From contig JAVKOQ020000103.1 in the NCBI GenBank assembly GCA_031835245.2, forward strand, positions 1 to 64,000: a stretch of DNA of 64,000 bases, read 5' to 3'. The DNA is from Balamuthia mandrillaris. Taxonomy: Eukaryota. The position numbers were made by a program, and so were the translations under genes. Positions within the stretch are counted from its first letter, which is position 1. Each line of letters opens with the position of its first letter. The notes beneath the pieces were generated by a model. It did not search any database. It was not told where the DNA came from and saw nothing but the letters and a program-made list of their open reading frames with translations. This document shows positions 48,221 through 60,080 of the stretch, piece after piece.

Positions 48221-48457
48221 ATAAACTATCGTTGTGGGTGTTCAACTTTGCGGGTCAAGGCCTCTTTGTCTCTCTCATCTTCGGCACCAGCCGCCGCATC
48301 TACCGCGCCTGGTGGAAGCTCTTCCCCTGTTCAGCGCAACAGGACAGGAGAGCGTTACCGCCGTTCGAACAATAGACATTGCAAGCAGCACCTCATCTGC
48401 CGCGATGGTCACGCGCAACAAGCATTCGACCTATCACATCAAGACTCTGAAGATTAA
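48221..48457 (+). pseudogene. Decayed terminal exon of a Frizzled/Smoothened-like receptor
   Basis: CAG|ATAAACTATCGTTGTGGGTGTTCAACTTTGC compared with intact ATAAACTATCCGTTGTGGGTGTTGGCAGCATTCAACTTTGC shows a 1-nt and a 9-nt deletion. It continues IFGTSRRIYRAWWKL. No upstream TM exons are seen. Confidence 0.85.
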
Positions 48458-48541
48458 AGAGTTTCTCTTCTCTCTTTGTTGTTTAAAAAAAATAAATATG
48501 TACATACTTAAGAGCTTATTTAGAGTTCAGTATTTTTTGTT

Positions 48542-48701
48542 TTACTTTCTAGGTGGGCGGAAGTCGGTGCGAAACATCACGTCGGAGCGCATGGCATACT
48601 TTCGGCCTTTGTAAACCAGGCTGCCTTCATGCTCTGGGCTTAGCTTGTGTGGGCCACTTATTGTTTTGTTTATTAGTTAGAAATACAAAGGAGAGTAGAA
48701 A

Positions 48702-48746
<45 letters not shown>

Positions 48747-49047
48747 CAGAGAGAGACACAGAGAGTAGAAAAATGAGAGACAGAGAGACAAAGAGAGGTA
48801 ACGTACTGCCAAAACAAGAGGGCAGTGCCTTGTTTGGGTGTGACCTCAACTTCTTTGTTGCGAGATGGGAAGAAGGTAGTGGCACCACCTTTGACGCCAT
48901 CATTGAGGTAGATGATGAGGGTCAACAGGGACAAGTCGTTCCTGCTTCGTGGATAGCAACCGTCAAAGTGTCTGTTGAATAATTGTTTAGAGTCATCTGT
49001 TGATAGATGAGACACGACATTATAAGCGAAAGGAATGCAAGAAGCAA

Positions 49048-49086
<39 letters not shown>

Positions 49087-49380
49087 AAGAAGAAGCAAAG
49101 AGGATAGAGTAAAGAGATAAAGGACGCACATCGATAAAAACGAAAGCGATTGTTGAGGCCATAAGGATTCCACGTGGCACCCATCGCTTCTTCTTCAGCG
49201 GGTATGAACTCCTTAATCCGCTCCCAAATGGGGTTGAGCGTTTCCTCACCGGCCTCCCACATCACCCTCTGGTTGTTTCGCACATCTAAATGTAAACAAC
49301 AAAACAACGGTTAACATCGGAAGAAGAGAAGAGTGTAAGGTGGAGAAAAGGAACGAGCGAACAGAAAAAAGCAGAGAGAG

Positions 49381-49433
<53 letters not shown>

Positions 49434-49860
49434 AAGAGAGTAACGAACCAGGCATCATTCTCATACCACCAAACGTGCTAACAGGTGCGTCGCCATAGCC
49501 CATGCGTTCCGTTAGGTCGATGAACTGCTGGCATTCATCTGCTGAGAGAACGTTGTGCAGAAGGAAGGCGCCGGGAACGCCCTCCACCTCCTCTTTCCTG
49601 ATCTGCTTGCCGGAGCGCCGATAGGTAATGGGGTTGCCATTTGTCTGGTTGACAAGACAAGAAGGTTAGCAAAACACGAACAAGAACACGAAGAAGAAGT
49701 AGCAGAAAAAGAACAAGAAGAAGCACAAGCACAAAAAAGAAGAAGAAGAGGAGGAAGAGAAACGAAGAATACAAACTTGATAGATAGGGCAATTGTCTTG
49801 TTTTTTAGCGACAGAGAATTCAATCTCTGTCGTGGTAGTACTGCTACCAGAGCTCTGCAT
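48542..49860 (-). CDS. 2-oxoglutarate/Fe(II) dioxygenase, prolyl-4-hydroxylase-like (multi-exon)
   Basis: NVLSADEC, RNNQR, GLNNRFRFYR, HFD (HxD), LTLIIYLN...GGAT.F, PKQG.ALLF, HEG..V..G.KY.MRSDVMF. Confidence 0.88.
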
Positions 49861-50318
49861 TGTGTTTGTGTTTGTTGTGTTGAGTTTTTTGTTGGACGAA
49901 AGCGAACGACGAATGGCAAGCGGAGGGAGACGCAAGTATTATAGGCATTATAATTCTGTGAAGGGTTTCTCCCTTCGGTGCTTGGTCTGCAAAAAGCTGA
50001 AATGTATTTTTGTCGACAAACATGACGACGTGATTATTATCCCAACTAATCAAATTAACCTCCACAACTTGTCGACATGATCATTATAAATTTGTCGACG
50101 GTTGTAATTCATTTGAGGCATCAAATTAATCATAAATGGTTATTTTTCATCAGCAATGATTTGCCTTTTCGGGGCGGTTGTAGCAGGGGATAAAACTCAG
50201 ATTCTGCTGGCGTCAGCACTATCACGAAATTCTCGGACCAACCCAACTCGTTGGTTGTTTTTTTTTGATTTTTTTTTTGTGTTTTGAAAAAAAAAATTCG
50301 AATGGGCGGAAGTCAAAC

Positions 50319-52966
50319 ATGAAGTGGTGCGCTCTGCTTTTGCTATGTCTCCTCCTCCTTGCCTCGGATCGCGGTTCGCTCCTTTCCTTTTCACTCCCTT
50401 CTCCATCTGCTTCCTCTTCTTCTTCCCTGCTCGCTCGGTATTGAGATGTCTCGCCGCGCATCCAGAAGGGTCCTCGGCGCATGCTAAACGAGAGGAAAAG
50501 AAAGAAGGCCGCTTTGATGCTTTTCTCAGCCCATCTCACCCCGACGCAAAATGTGTGAACAAGAGCGAGGTCAACTTTGGAGACACAGGCTGCGAATATT
50601 TCCTCACCTACGACATGATCTACACTGTGCCTGGGGTGAAGCTCCCCAACCAAACGGAGGACGGCATGGAATTCTGGCGCGAGGTGCTGAGAAGGTATCC
50701 AGCCAGTGAATCCTCCCCTCCTTTGTTTTTCTTTGTCATCTTTTCTCCTTTTGTTTTTTCCTTCATCTCTCTCTTTTTTCCCGGCTCTAGGCTATCTCTC
50801 CTATCTTCTCTCCTGGCACTTATCCTATCCTCTCTCCTATCCTCTCTCAAAACCTACTCCTATCCTCGCTCCTATCCTCTCTTCTATCCTATCTCATATC
50901 CTCTCTCATATCCTCTCTCCTGTCCTTGCTCTTGTCCATCTCCGTAGACTTATATTAAAAAATAACAAACAGCTCCACCCTGACGGCGATAGCCAACCAA
51001 GCATGCAGGATCCACGCAGCGCGCTACATGTGCCCGACCTACTTTCGGGAATGCCGAGAGGTCGTCTCCCCCTACGCCGATCCCACCCATTACTCCAAGG
51101 ACCAAGTGGCTGTGGTCGGCAACTACGCCTGCCGCTATCTTTGTCGTGAGCACAAGGAACCTTGCCAAAGCAGCGTGCCGGACCAGTACAAAGACGTTTT
51201 CTTCAATTGCGATGTCCCCAATCCCTACTACTTTGATGAGACTATTTATAACATCTTTCCTGAGGGGCCGGACATGACGGTTCAACTTACAGCCCCAAAT
51301 AATGACACTTGGGCTTATGAGTTTCAGTGCTACGATGCTAGTCATGATATTTCTTGTACGGTTCCTTTTATTTCTGCTCTTTGCTCTTCTCGCGTTGGTT
51401 TTTGTTTCTCGTCTGTCTCTTCGTCGTTCTGTTTATCTTCTTCGCATTTCTTCTCTTCATCATCTCTTTTCTGGTTCTTTCGTTTCTCTTCTTCTCTCCT
51501 CTTTCACTCTCCAACCCTCGCTTGTGTCTCCCTCTCCCTCTCCCTCTCTATTAATCGGTACATAACAGATATAACTCCGTTCAACTGTCCTCAAGGGATG
51601 CACCGTAATGAAGACGACAGCTGCTCTTTTAACTGCCCAGAACCTCTCCTCTCCAACAACGAGTTCAATACCATCACCACCATGATGAGTGTTGTTTCAT
51701 GGATCAGCTTGGTCATGATGGCCTTCCTCATCCTCACCTACCTCATCGATCCCACCAAACGAAAGTTCCCCAACCATCTGCCCATGTTCTTCTTCATCGC
51801 GGTTATGTGCTTCTCCTTCGCCTTCTGCCTGGCCAGCATGCTCTCTGATGGCACGGAGGAGATGTTGTGCGAGAGTACGAACAAACCAAACTACTTTGGA
51901 GATGGAGCATGCACAGTGCAAGGCATCCTCGTTGTGTACTTCTTCATGGCAGCTATATTGTGGTGGTTGGTCATAGGCTTTAACATCTTCTTGATGATGA
52001 TCTTCGCTGCCAAGGGCATAGATGACAAGAAAGGCCACCGGGAACTGTTTTTGCAGCTCGGCTATCACTGCTTCGCGTGGATACTTCCTTTGCTTCCAGT
52101 GATAATCGGTTTGGCAGCACAGCGACTAGGAGCGAACGGATCGGACTTGTGGTGCACCATTCATTCAACGGACGCAGACAACGAGTTGAAGTTCGTCATC
52201 GGAGAGGGTGACGGGATAGAGACGGAAGGAGAGACGGCCAACGTGTGGAACTTTGTCTTGTTCTGGATGCCCATCGTGCTCTGCATTGTGATTGGAGTGT
52301 CCTTGATTATTGTGGTCATCATCTTCCAACTTCGACAAGAGTCTGGCGTGAAAGGCTTTTGGAAATATGTGAAAGGACAGTGGAGGATCTTTGCTTTCTT
52401 GGCGCTGTACATTTGGGTCTGCATCTTCTTGTTCTCCTTCCAGTTGGACTTCATGGGCAAACGACACGATCAGCATGATGAGTACGAGGAGCACATTCAG
52501 TGCCTCTTCCATAAAACGGCTTCTGAGTATTACTATAAAGAAATAGAACAGGTGCCCGTGCCAGAAGATAAAGTGTATAGATGTGAGGTGGACTCTAAGG
52601 TATGCTCTTTCCTTGTTCTTCCTATCCTCCTTTCTGCCTCCCTTCTCCTTCCTCCTCCTCCTCCTCCTCCTCCTCCTCCTCCTCCTCTATCTGTAGAGGA
52701 TATACTGACCCAAGAAACAACAAATGTAGATTAATTACCCGTTGTGGGTGCTAGCAGCGTTCAACTTTGCGGGCCAAGGCATCTTTGTCTTTCTCATTTT
52801 TGGTACCAGTCGCCGTATATACGTCGTCTGGTTGAGGTTTTTCACCTGCACAGCGCGACCCTTCACGGCGACTGCCCAAGACAGCGTTACTAAAATACGG
52901 ACTCTGGCAACGAATTCCACCTCGGCACTAACGACTAAGTTCTCTGAATCGCAATCCGTGGAATAG
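50319..52966 (+). CDS. Frizzled/Smoothened-like GPCR, copy B
   Basis: Same 5-exon layout and motifs as copy A; leader MKWCALLLLCLLLLA. Confidence 0.9.
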
Positions 52967-53719
52967 GTTTGGCTTGCTCTACTATCTTATTATTGACTCT
53001 TTCTTCTACCTTCTCTCGTGATCTCTCCTCTTTATGAGTCTTGCTTTGCTTCTCTCCTGTAATGTTTGCTAATAAGCGCCTTCCTTTCTTCATAGGCGGT
53101 TTCACTTTTTTTTCTTCAACTTGTAGGATTCTTTTTGTAAATACGAAAAAAAATTATTTTGCAGAACAGCAAGAACGGATAGCCGTCTCAGCTGCCATTC
53201 CACACATGCACTCACTCAGAACACACGCAACAGTTTTTTACCATTGTTATGGTATGCTGTTTTTTTTTTTTTTCGATTGTTGCAGGCCTTTTTGCATTAA
53301 AGTATCTTTTTCCAGTTTTTTGTTTTTGCGACACAGAACGCTTAGCAGTACTCTTTCGCGTTAAAACTGTAAATCCTCCATTCATCGGTCCATTAACGTC
53401 GCAGTCTTCTTGGTAATGGCAGTTAACTTCTTTTGTTTAATTAGTTAGCTATTTTTTAATATACGTATATTTATTATCCGTTTCTCCGACGTCGCACTGC
53501 TTTCCTTTCTGCATTCGAAACGAACGGGCATATCCTCGCTAGTGTAGTGCACCGGTTCACTCGGGTATCCACCACCATTCTTCATCGTCATTGGTGGTTG
53601 AGATGATATATGTTAAAAAGGTGAATCTTTTCCTTGCTTTTTTGTTGTCGTCTGTTTTAACACTTTCCCGAAGAAAAGCAGAACAACAGAGAGAACGAGC
53701 ACACTGACGGACCGCCGTG

Positions 53720-55803
53720 ATGAAAACGCTTTCTATCCTGATAGTCTTTTGTCTGTTCTTTTGCTCTCTTCGCTCTCACTTTGGTTCGTTTTTCTTCTTG
53801 CTTTCTTTGCTGCTCTGCTTCTTTGCGTGGTACCCCTCTTATTTCTTTGGTGGTTTTGTAAAAGCCTCTGCCAACAACAGTGACGAAAAGTTCTCTTTGG
53901 AGCGTGCAACAGGACGGTATGACGAGCTGCTCAGCCCTACCCACCCAAACGCCGAATGCGTCAACAAGAGCACACTGGACTTTGGTAATTCCGGCTGCGA
54001 CCGTTATTTGGACTACGACCTGATCTACACCGTGCCTGGAGTACAGGTCACCGGCCTATCCGGTGACGGCTTTGAACTTTGGAGAGCCTCCCTCACTGGG
54101 TGCGTTCCTCATTTCTCTCCTCCCCTCTTCTCTTCTCTATTGTGCGTGTAATCTCCGACTCATATATTATATTTTCTTTTGTGTAAAGTTATACCCTGGC
54201 CTCGATAGCAAACCAAGCGTGCAGAATCCACTCTGCCCGTTTCATGTGCCCCATCTACTTTCGAGAATGTCATACGGTGCTCTCTCCCACCGCTGATCCC
54301 GACAACTACACTCGAGACCAAGTGGCAGTGGTCGGCACCTACCCTTGTCGAGACCTCTGCTGGGAGCATGCGCCGTACTGCCAGAGCAGCGTGCCTGAAG
54401 ATAAACACGAGCAATACTTTAACTGCAATGTTCCTAATCCGGACTATTTTGGAAACACAATATATAACATTCTTCCAGAGGGACCGAATGTGACGACAGT
54501 GGTGACCGCGCCAAATAATGACACTTGGCTTTACCAGTTTCAATGTTACGATGCGAGCCGCGAGGTTTCATGTACGCTTTCCTGTCCCTTCACTTTTGTT
54601 TTTTAGATCTGTTTTCCTTCTCGTGATTAGTTCAGCTCTTTTCTTCCTCTTACTCTTCTATCTCACTTCTGCCGCTGTTGCTTCCTTTTATAACGTACTT
54701 CTGTTTCACCACACGACAAAACAGACTTTGGTGAATTCGACTGCCCGCAAGGTATGCACCGCAGCGGAGTTGATACATGTTCTTTCCAATGTCCAGAGCC
54801 ACTGTTGGACGAGGACGAGTTCGACACCATCACGGACATGATGAGCGGCATCTCTTGGATCAGTTTTGTTTTGATGGCCTTCCTCATCATCACCTACCTC
54901 GTGGATCGCTCTCGAAGGAAGTTCCCCAACCACCTGCCCATGTTCTTCTTCATCGCGGTCATGTGCTTCTCCTTCGCCTTCTGCCTGGCCAGCATGCTCT
55001 CTGATGGCACGGAGGAGATGTTGTGCGAGGATGAAGAGAAGCCGAACTACTTTGGCGCTGGAGCATGCACGGTGCAAGGCATTCTCGTGGTGTACTTCTT
55101 CATAGCAGCTGTTCTTTGGTGGTTGGTCATCTGCTTCAACATCGTCCTAATGTTGGTGTTTTCTGCCAACGACATCGATCACAAGCAAGCCAACACGAAG
55201 GCCATCCTGATAACCAGTTATCACTTGTTTGCTTGGGGATTGCCCTTCATCCCGGTAATTATCGGCTTAGGTGCAGAACGTATTGGGAGCAACGGGTCGG
55301 ACTTGTGGTGCACTGTTCATTCCTCGGATGACTCCAACGCACTCAAGTTCATCATTGGCAAAGGAGATGGAATCGAGACGGAAGGAGAGACAACCAACGT
55401 GTGGAACTTTGTCTTGTTCTGGATGCCCATAATCGCTTGCGTAGCTCTTGGCGTGGCGTTTATCCTGGTGGTCGTCATCTTCCAACTTCGGCAGGAATCT
55501 GGAGTGAAAGGCTGTTGGACATTCGTGAGAGGCCAGTGGAGGATCTTCGCTTTCTTGGCATTGTACATTTGGGTCTGTATCTTCTTGTTCGCCTTTCAGT
55601 TGGACTTCATGGGCAAACGAAACGACCAGTATGACGAGTATGAGGTGCAGATACAATGCCTTTTCCAAAAGACTGCAGTAGAGGCTTATTGGAGGGAAAT
55701 AGAAGGACAGCCCGTTCCTGAGGATCAGGCTGTGAACTGCGTAGTTGATTCAATGGTACGCAGGTTTTCTATCATGCTGTTCTCTTCCTTGCATTCTATC
55801 TTC

Positions 55804-55846
<43 letters not shown>

Positions 55847-56141
55847 CTCCCTCTTAATAACAAACAAACAGATAAACTATCCGTTGTGGGTGTTGGCAGC
55901 ATTCAACTTTGCAGGCCAAGGCATCTTCGTCTTCTTCATCTTCGGCACCAGCCGTCGCATCTACCGTGTATGGTGGCGGCTCATTACCTGCCGTCCCATT
56001 GCCTTCAGCGTCACAGGAAGCAGTTCAGCTAGCATGGAGAAAGTGGAGGGCGGCGCCAAACACGCCTCGAAGACAGGGAGCAAGGTGACGCGGGTGAAAG
56101 GAAAGAAGTTAGCAGCTATCAAGAATGATGATTCGGTGTAA
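53720..56141 (+). CDS. Frizzled/Smoothened-like GPCR, copy C
   Basis: Leader MKTLSILIVFCLFF, CRD exons, 7TM exon 54725-55755, terminal INYPLWV exon. Confidence 0.9.
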
Positions 56142-56918
56142 AAAAAAATGAGGAAACAGCGAGAGAGCAAGAGCTAGACAACAACATCCTGTGACGCGGG
56201 ATCCAAGGAAAGAAAGTTGGTGGCTAAGGAAGAATGATGACTCACTGTAAAAAAACGCGAAGGGGTCTGTTCAAAGCATAAAGCACATTTAATTTTGTTT
56301 GAGATTTCAAAAGAACACCAGCAAGGCAGCTTTGGTTCCAAGGTAACGAACTCAAATGGACCAACACGAGAACTTCTTCCATTCTGGTTGTTGCGGGTCA
56401 AAAAAAACTGTTTTTCGGTCAAACGTAACGGTCTACTTGGAGGCAGGGAGAGGACCAGCGTAATCACGACGATAAGAGGCAAATGCTCTTCAATTCAAAG
56501 TCCAAAATTGGAGCTGTTTTGCTTTAGATGTGAACTACCTGGGAAAGCGTTATAGCTGTTCATAATGCCAATTTTGCGATTGGTAACGCTGCTAATTAAT
56601 TTCTACGATCTATAGGGACGACGCAGTGCATTATGGCTGTTTTCGCGAGCTGAATCACGCCGTGTTGCTTTTTTTCGAGGGGTTGTTGGGTAGTGCTCCC
56701 CTCGAGGCGGTCTCCACTTAATCATAGAAGCATTATGATGCGGATCTTCTCCAAAAACAAGGGTTGAAGCAGTACGCTCCTGCCGACAGGTGATATGACC
56801 CGTTTTGGTTTTAGAATAAAATGGTGTCAGAGAGGCATAGAAGCAAATCTGTTGCACAGGCCTTTCTTTTCTTTGTTTACAGAAGACAAACAAGACTGAC
56901 CGGTTTGACTCAGCCCAC

Positions 56919-59286
56919 ATGAAGCTTGCGCTCGCTTCTGTGTTGTTTTTGGCTCTCCTTTTTTTTGTGGGTTCGTACTACTATTGTCTCTTCACTTTTA
57001 TTTTTTCGGTTTCAGCTTACAGTCCCTCACCGTTCTCTCTCTCTCTGCTCCTCCTCCACTCTACCCGCTCTCCTAACTTGTCTCCTGGACCGTAGCCACT
57101 GGCCAAGAGCTAGGAAAGTGGGACGAGGTTCTCAGCCCCTCTCACCCAAACGCCACTTGCGTCCATAAAAGCGAGCTAAACTTTGGCGCTTCTGGTTGCG
57201 AGTATTACCTGGACTATGACATGATCTACTACGTGCCCGGAGTGACAGTCCCGGACGTTCCCGGTGACGGCTTTGAAGCCTGGAGAGAGATCGTTGTGGG
57301 GTTTGTGCGTTTTATGTTATTGTTTGTTCTTTCTTGTTATCTCTTTCTTGCTCGCGTTGTCGCTTTTCTTTTCTTGTGGTTTCTTCTGATGCGTTTCCTT
57401 CTGAACAACAGGTACAGCCTTCCGTTCATAGCTAACCATGATTGCCGAATCCACTCCTCCCGTTACATGTGCCCCATCTACTTCCGAGAATGCCACGAGG
57501 TGCTCTCTCCCAACGCTGATCCCGACAACTACACCCAGGACCAAGTGGCGGTGGTCGGCACCTACCCTTGCCGCGAGTTATGTTGGGAATATACCGACCA
57601 TTGCAACAGTAGCATCCCTGCCGAGTATCGGGAGGTGTACTACAACTGCGATGTGCCCAACCCCAATTACTTTGACTTCACGACTTGGGACATTTTCCCA
57701 GAGGGACCCAACGTGACGGTGGAAATAACCGCTCCGAACGGCGACACTTGGGACTATGACTTTCAGTGTTATGACGCAAGCCGAAACGTATCATGTTCGT
57801 TTTTCGGTGTTAGTTTGTTTGTGCAAAACTGAAAAGCAAAGGGCTTACCTTAGTTTTCTTTGTTGTTTGTTTCTGAACAATCACCCACAGACATTGGACC
57901 CTGGAACTGCCCAAGAGGAATGCATAGAACAGGCCCCAACACGTGCTCGTTCGACTGTCCAGAACCTCTTTTGAAGGAGAGCGAGTTCGACACCATCACG
58001 GACATGATGAGCGGCATCTCTTGGATCAGCTTGGTCATGATGGCCTTCCTCGTCATCACCTACCTCGTGGATCCCACCAAACGAAAGTTCCCCAACCATC
58101 TGCCCATGTTCTTCTTCATCGCCATCATGTGCTTCTCCTTCGCCTTCTGCCTGGCCAGCATGCTCTCCGACGGCACGGAGGAGATGTTGTGCGAGAGTAC
58201 AAACGAACCGAACTACTTTGGAGATGGAGCATGCACAGTGCAAGGCATTCTCATTGTGTACTTCTTCATGGCGGCGGTGTTGTGGTGGTTGGTCATCTGC
58301 TTCAACATCTTCTTGATGATGATCTTCGGCATCAAAGGCTTCGACTGGAAGACAGGCCTAACAAGGAAGGTATTGATGGTGGGCTATCACTCCTTTGCAT
58401 GGCTTCTTCCTTTGCTTCCGGTGATCATCGGTTTGGCAGCAGAGAGGCTTGGAGCCAACGGATCGGACTTGTGGTGCACCATTCATTCCTCTGATGCAGA
58501 TAACGCGTTGACGTTCATCATCGGAGAGGGTGATGGAATCGAGACGGAGGGTGAGACGGCCAACGTGTGGAATTTTGTTTTGTTCTGGATGCCCATCGTG
58601 CTCTGTATCTTCCTCGGAGTGCTGTTGATCCTGGTGGTCATCATCTTCCAGCTTCGGCAAGAGTCCGGCATAGTGGGCTTTTGGACGTTCCTGAAAGGCC
58701 AATGGAGGATCTTTGCTTTCTTGGCGCTGTACATTTGGGTCTGCATCTTCTTGTTCGCCTTCCAGCTGGACTTCTTGAACAGGCGTAACGACCAGTACGA
58801 CGAGTACGAGAGCTACATAGAGTGCCTCTTCCAACAGACCGCCGTCGCAGAATACTACGACAAGATAAACCAGCCCCTTCCTCCTCACGCCGACTTTGGC
58901 TGCGAGAACGAGTCCAAGGTACGGTTCTTCCTTTTGTGTTTTTCTTTCCGAGCTGCATGTCCTCTTCCTTTTGCTTACGTTGTCGCTTGGCGGCGTTCGC
59001 GCCCTCCAAACAGATAAACTATCCGTTGTGGGTGTTGGCAGCGTTCAACTTTGCAGGCCAAGGCATCTTCGTCTTCTTCATCTTCGGCACCAGTCGCAGC
59101 ATCTACCGCGCCTGGTGGCGGCTCTTCACCGGCCGCGCCACCCTCACGAGCTCCAACTCCAGCAGCAACAACCACAACAGCTTGGAGAAGATGGAGGGCT
59201 CGGCCGGCGGCGCTAAAAAGGCCGGCAAGATAACGATCGTCAAAGGCAAGCAGCTGAGCAGCAAGAGCGAGGATGACCCGTTGTAG
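56919..59286 (+). CDS. Frizzled/Smoothened-like GPCR, copy D
   Basis: Leader MKLALASVLFLALLFFV, CRD exons, 7TM exon, terminal exon ending SEDDPL*. Confidence 0.88.
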
Positions 59287-59408
59287 GTTGCGTTGTGGTT
59301 TTTGTTTTGTTTTGGGGTGATGAGTTGCATGCTGTTGTCGTTTTTGTTCTTCTCTGTTGTACAAAAATAATGGAAGGCGGTCTTTGCTTTCTGTTATTTT
59401 CCCTCCTA

Positions 59409-59448
<40 letters not shown>

Positions 59449-60080
59449 TGTGGTCTATTCAAAAAAAAATAAATAGCACAACCACCAAAGTGGACAGATG
59501 CCTCCGTTTGACCCCGCTGCCCTCCCTACCTCAACTCCGCGAGCGGGTTGTCCATGTCGGTTGGGGGGGGAAGGGGTCTTTCGGGCGTACCCTCTATCTC
59601 TTCGCCTGGAAACTGCGTTGAGCAGTTGTTCCCATCCCATCAAAAAGGCTAATTGGCACGTTTATATGAGCAAAGGCGCAAAGCATCGGCAGGCAATCGT
59701 GGTTATTGCCTTCCTTTCTCGGGGATGAACGCCATGGGGCCAGTACCAAAGAGTTCATCATCCTTGGTTAGGGGGTCCAAGATCGCGCCTGGCCCTGAGC
59801 CATTGGTGGATGGCTAATGAATTGGCCCCAATACGGAAAGCACCGTCAATGATGAATGCCCATCTAGCGCACCGCTTTCTGCATTCTTGGAGGCTGGTTG
59901 TGGGGCAGGCGTGGTTGGGGTGATGGGTCCGGTTGTGTGTCACACAGGAGAAAAACAAAGAAAAAAAATAGTTCATTTCTCATCACAGTGCTCTCTCGCT
60001 TTCAAACCCCACTTTTGTTTTATCTGTTCGTTTTGCTTTATTTATTTTTAAAACTACACACCTATACCACCGAACACACC

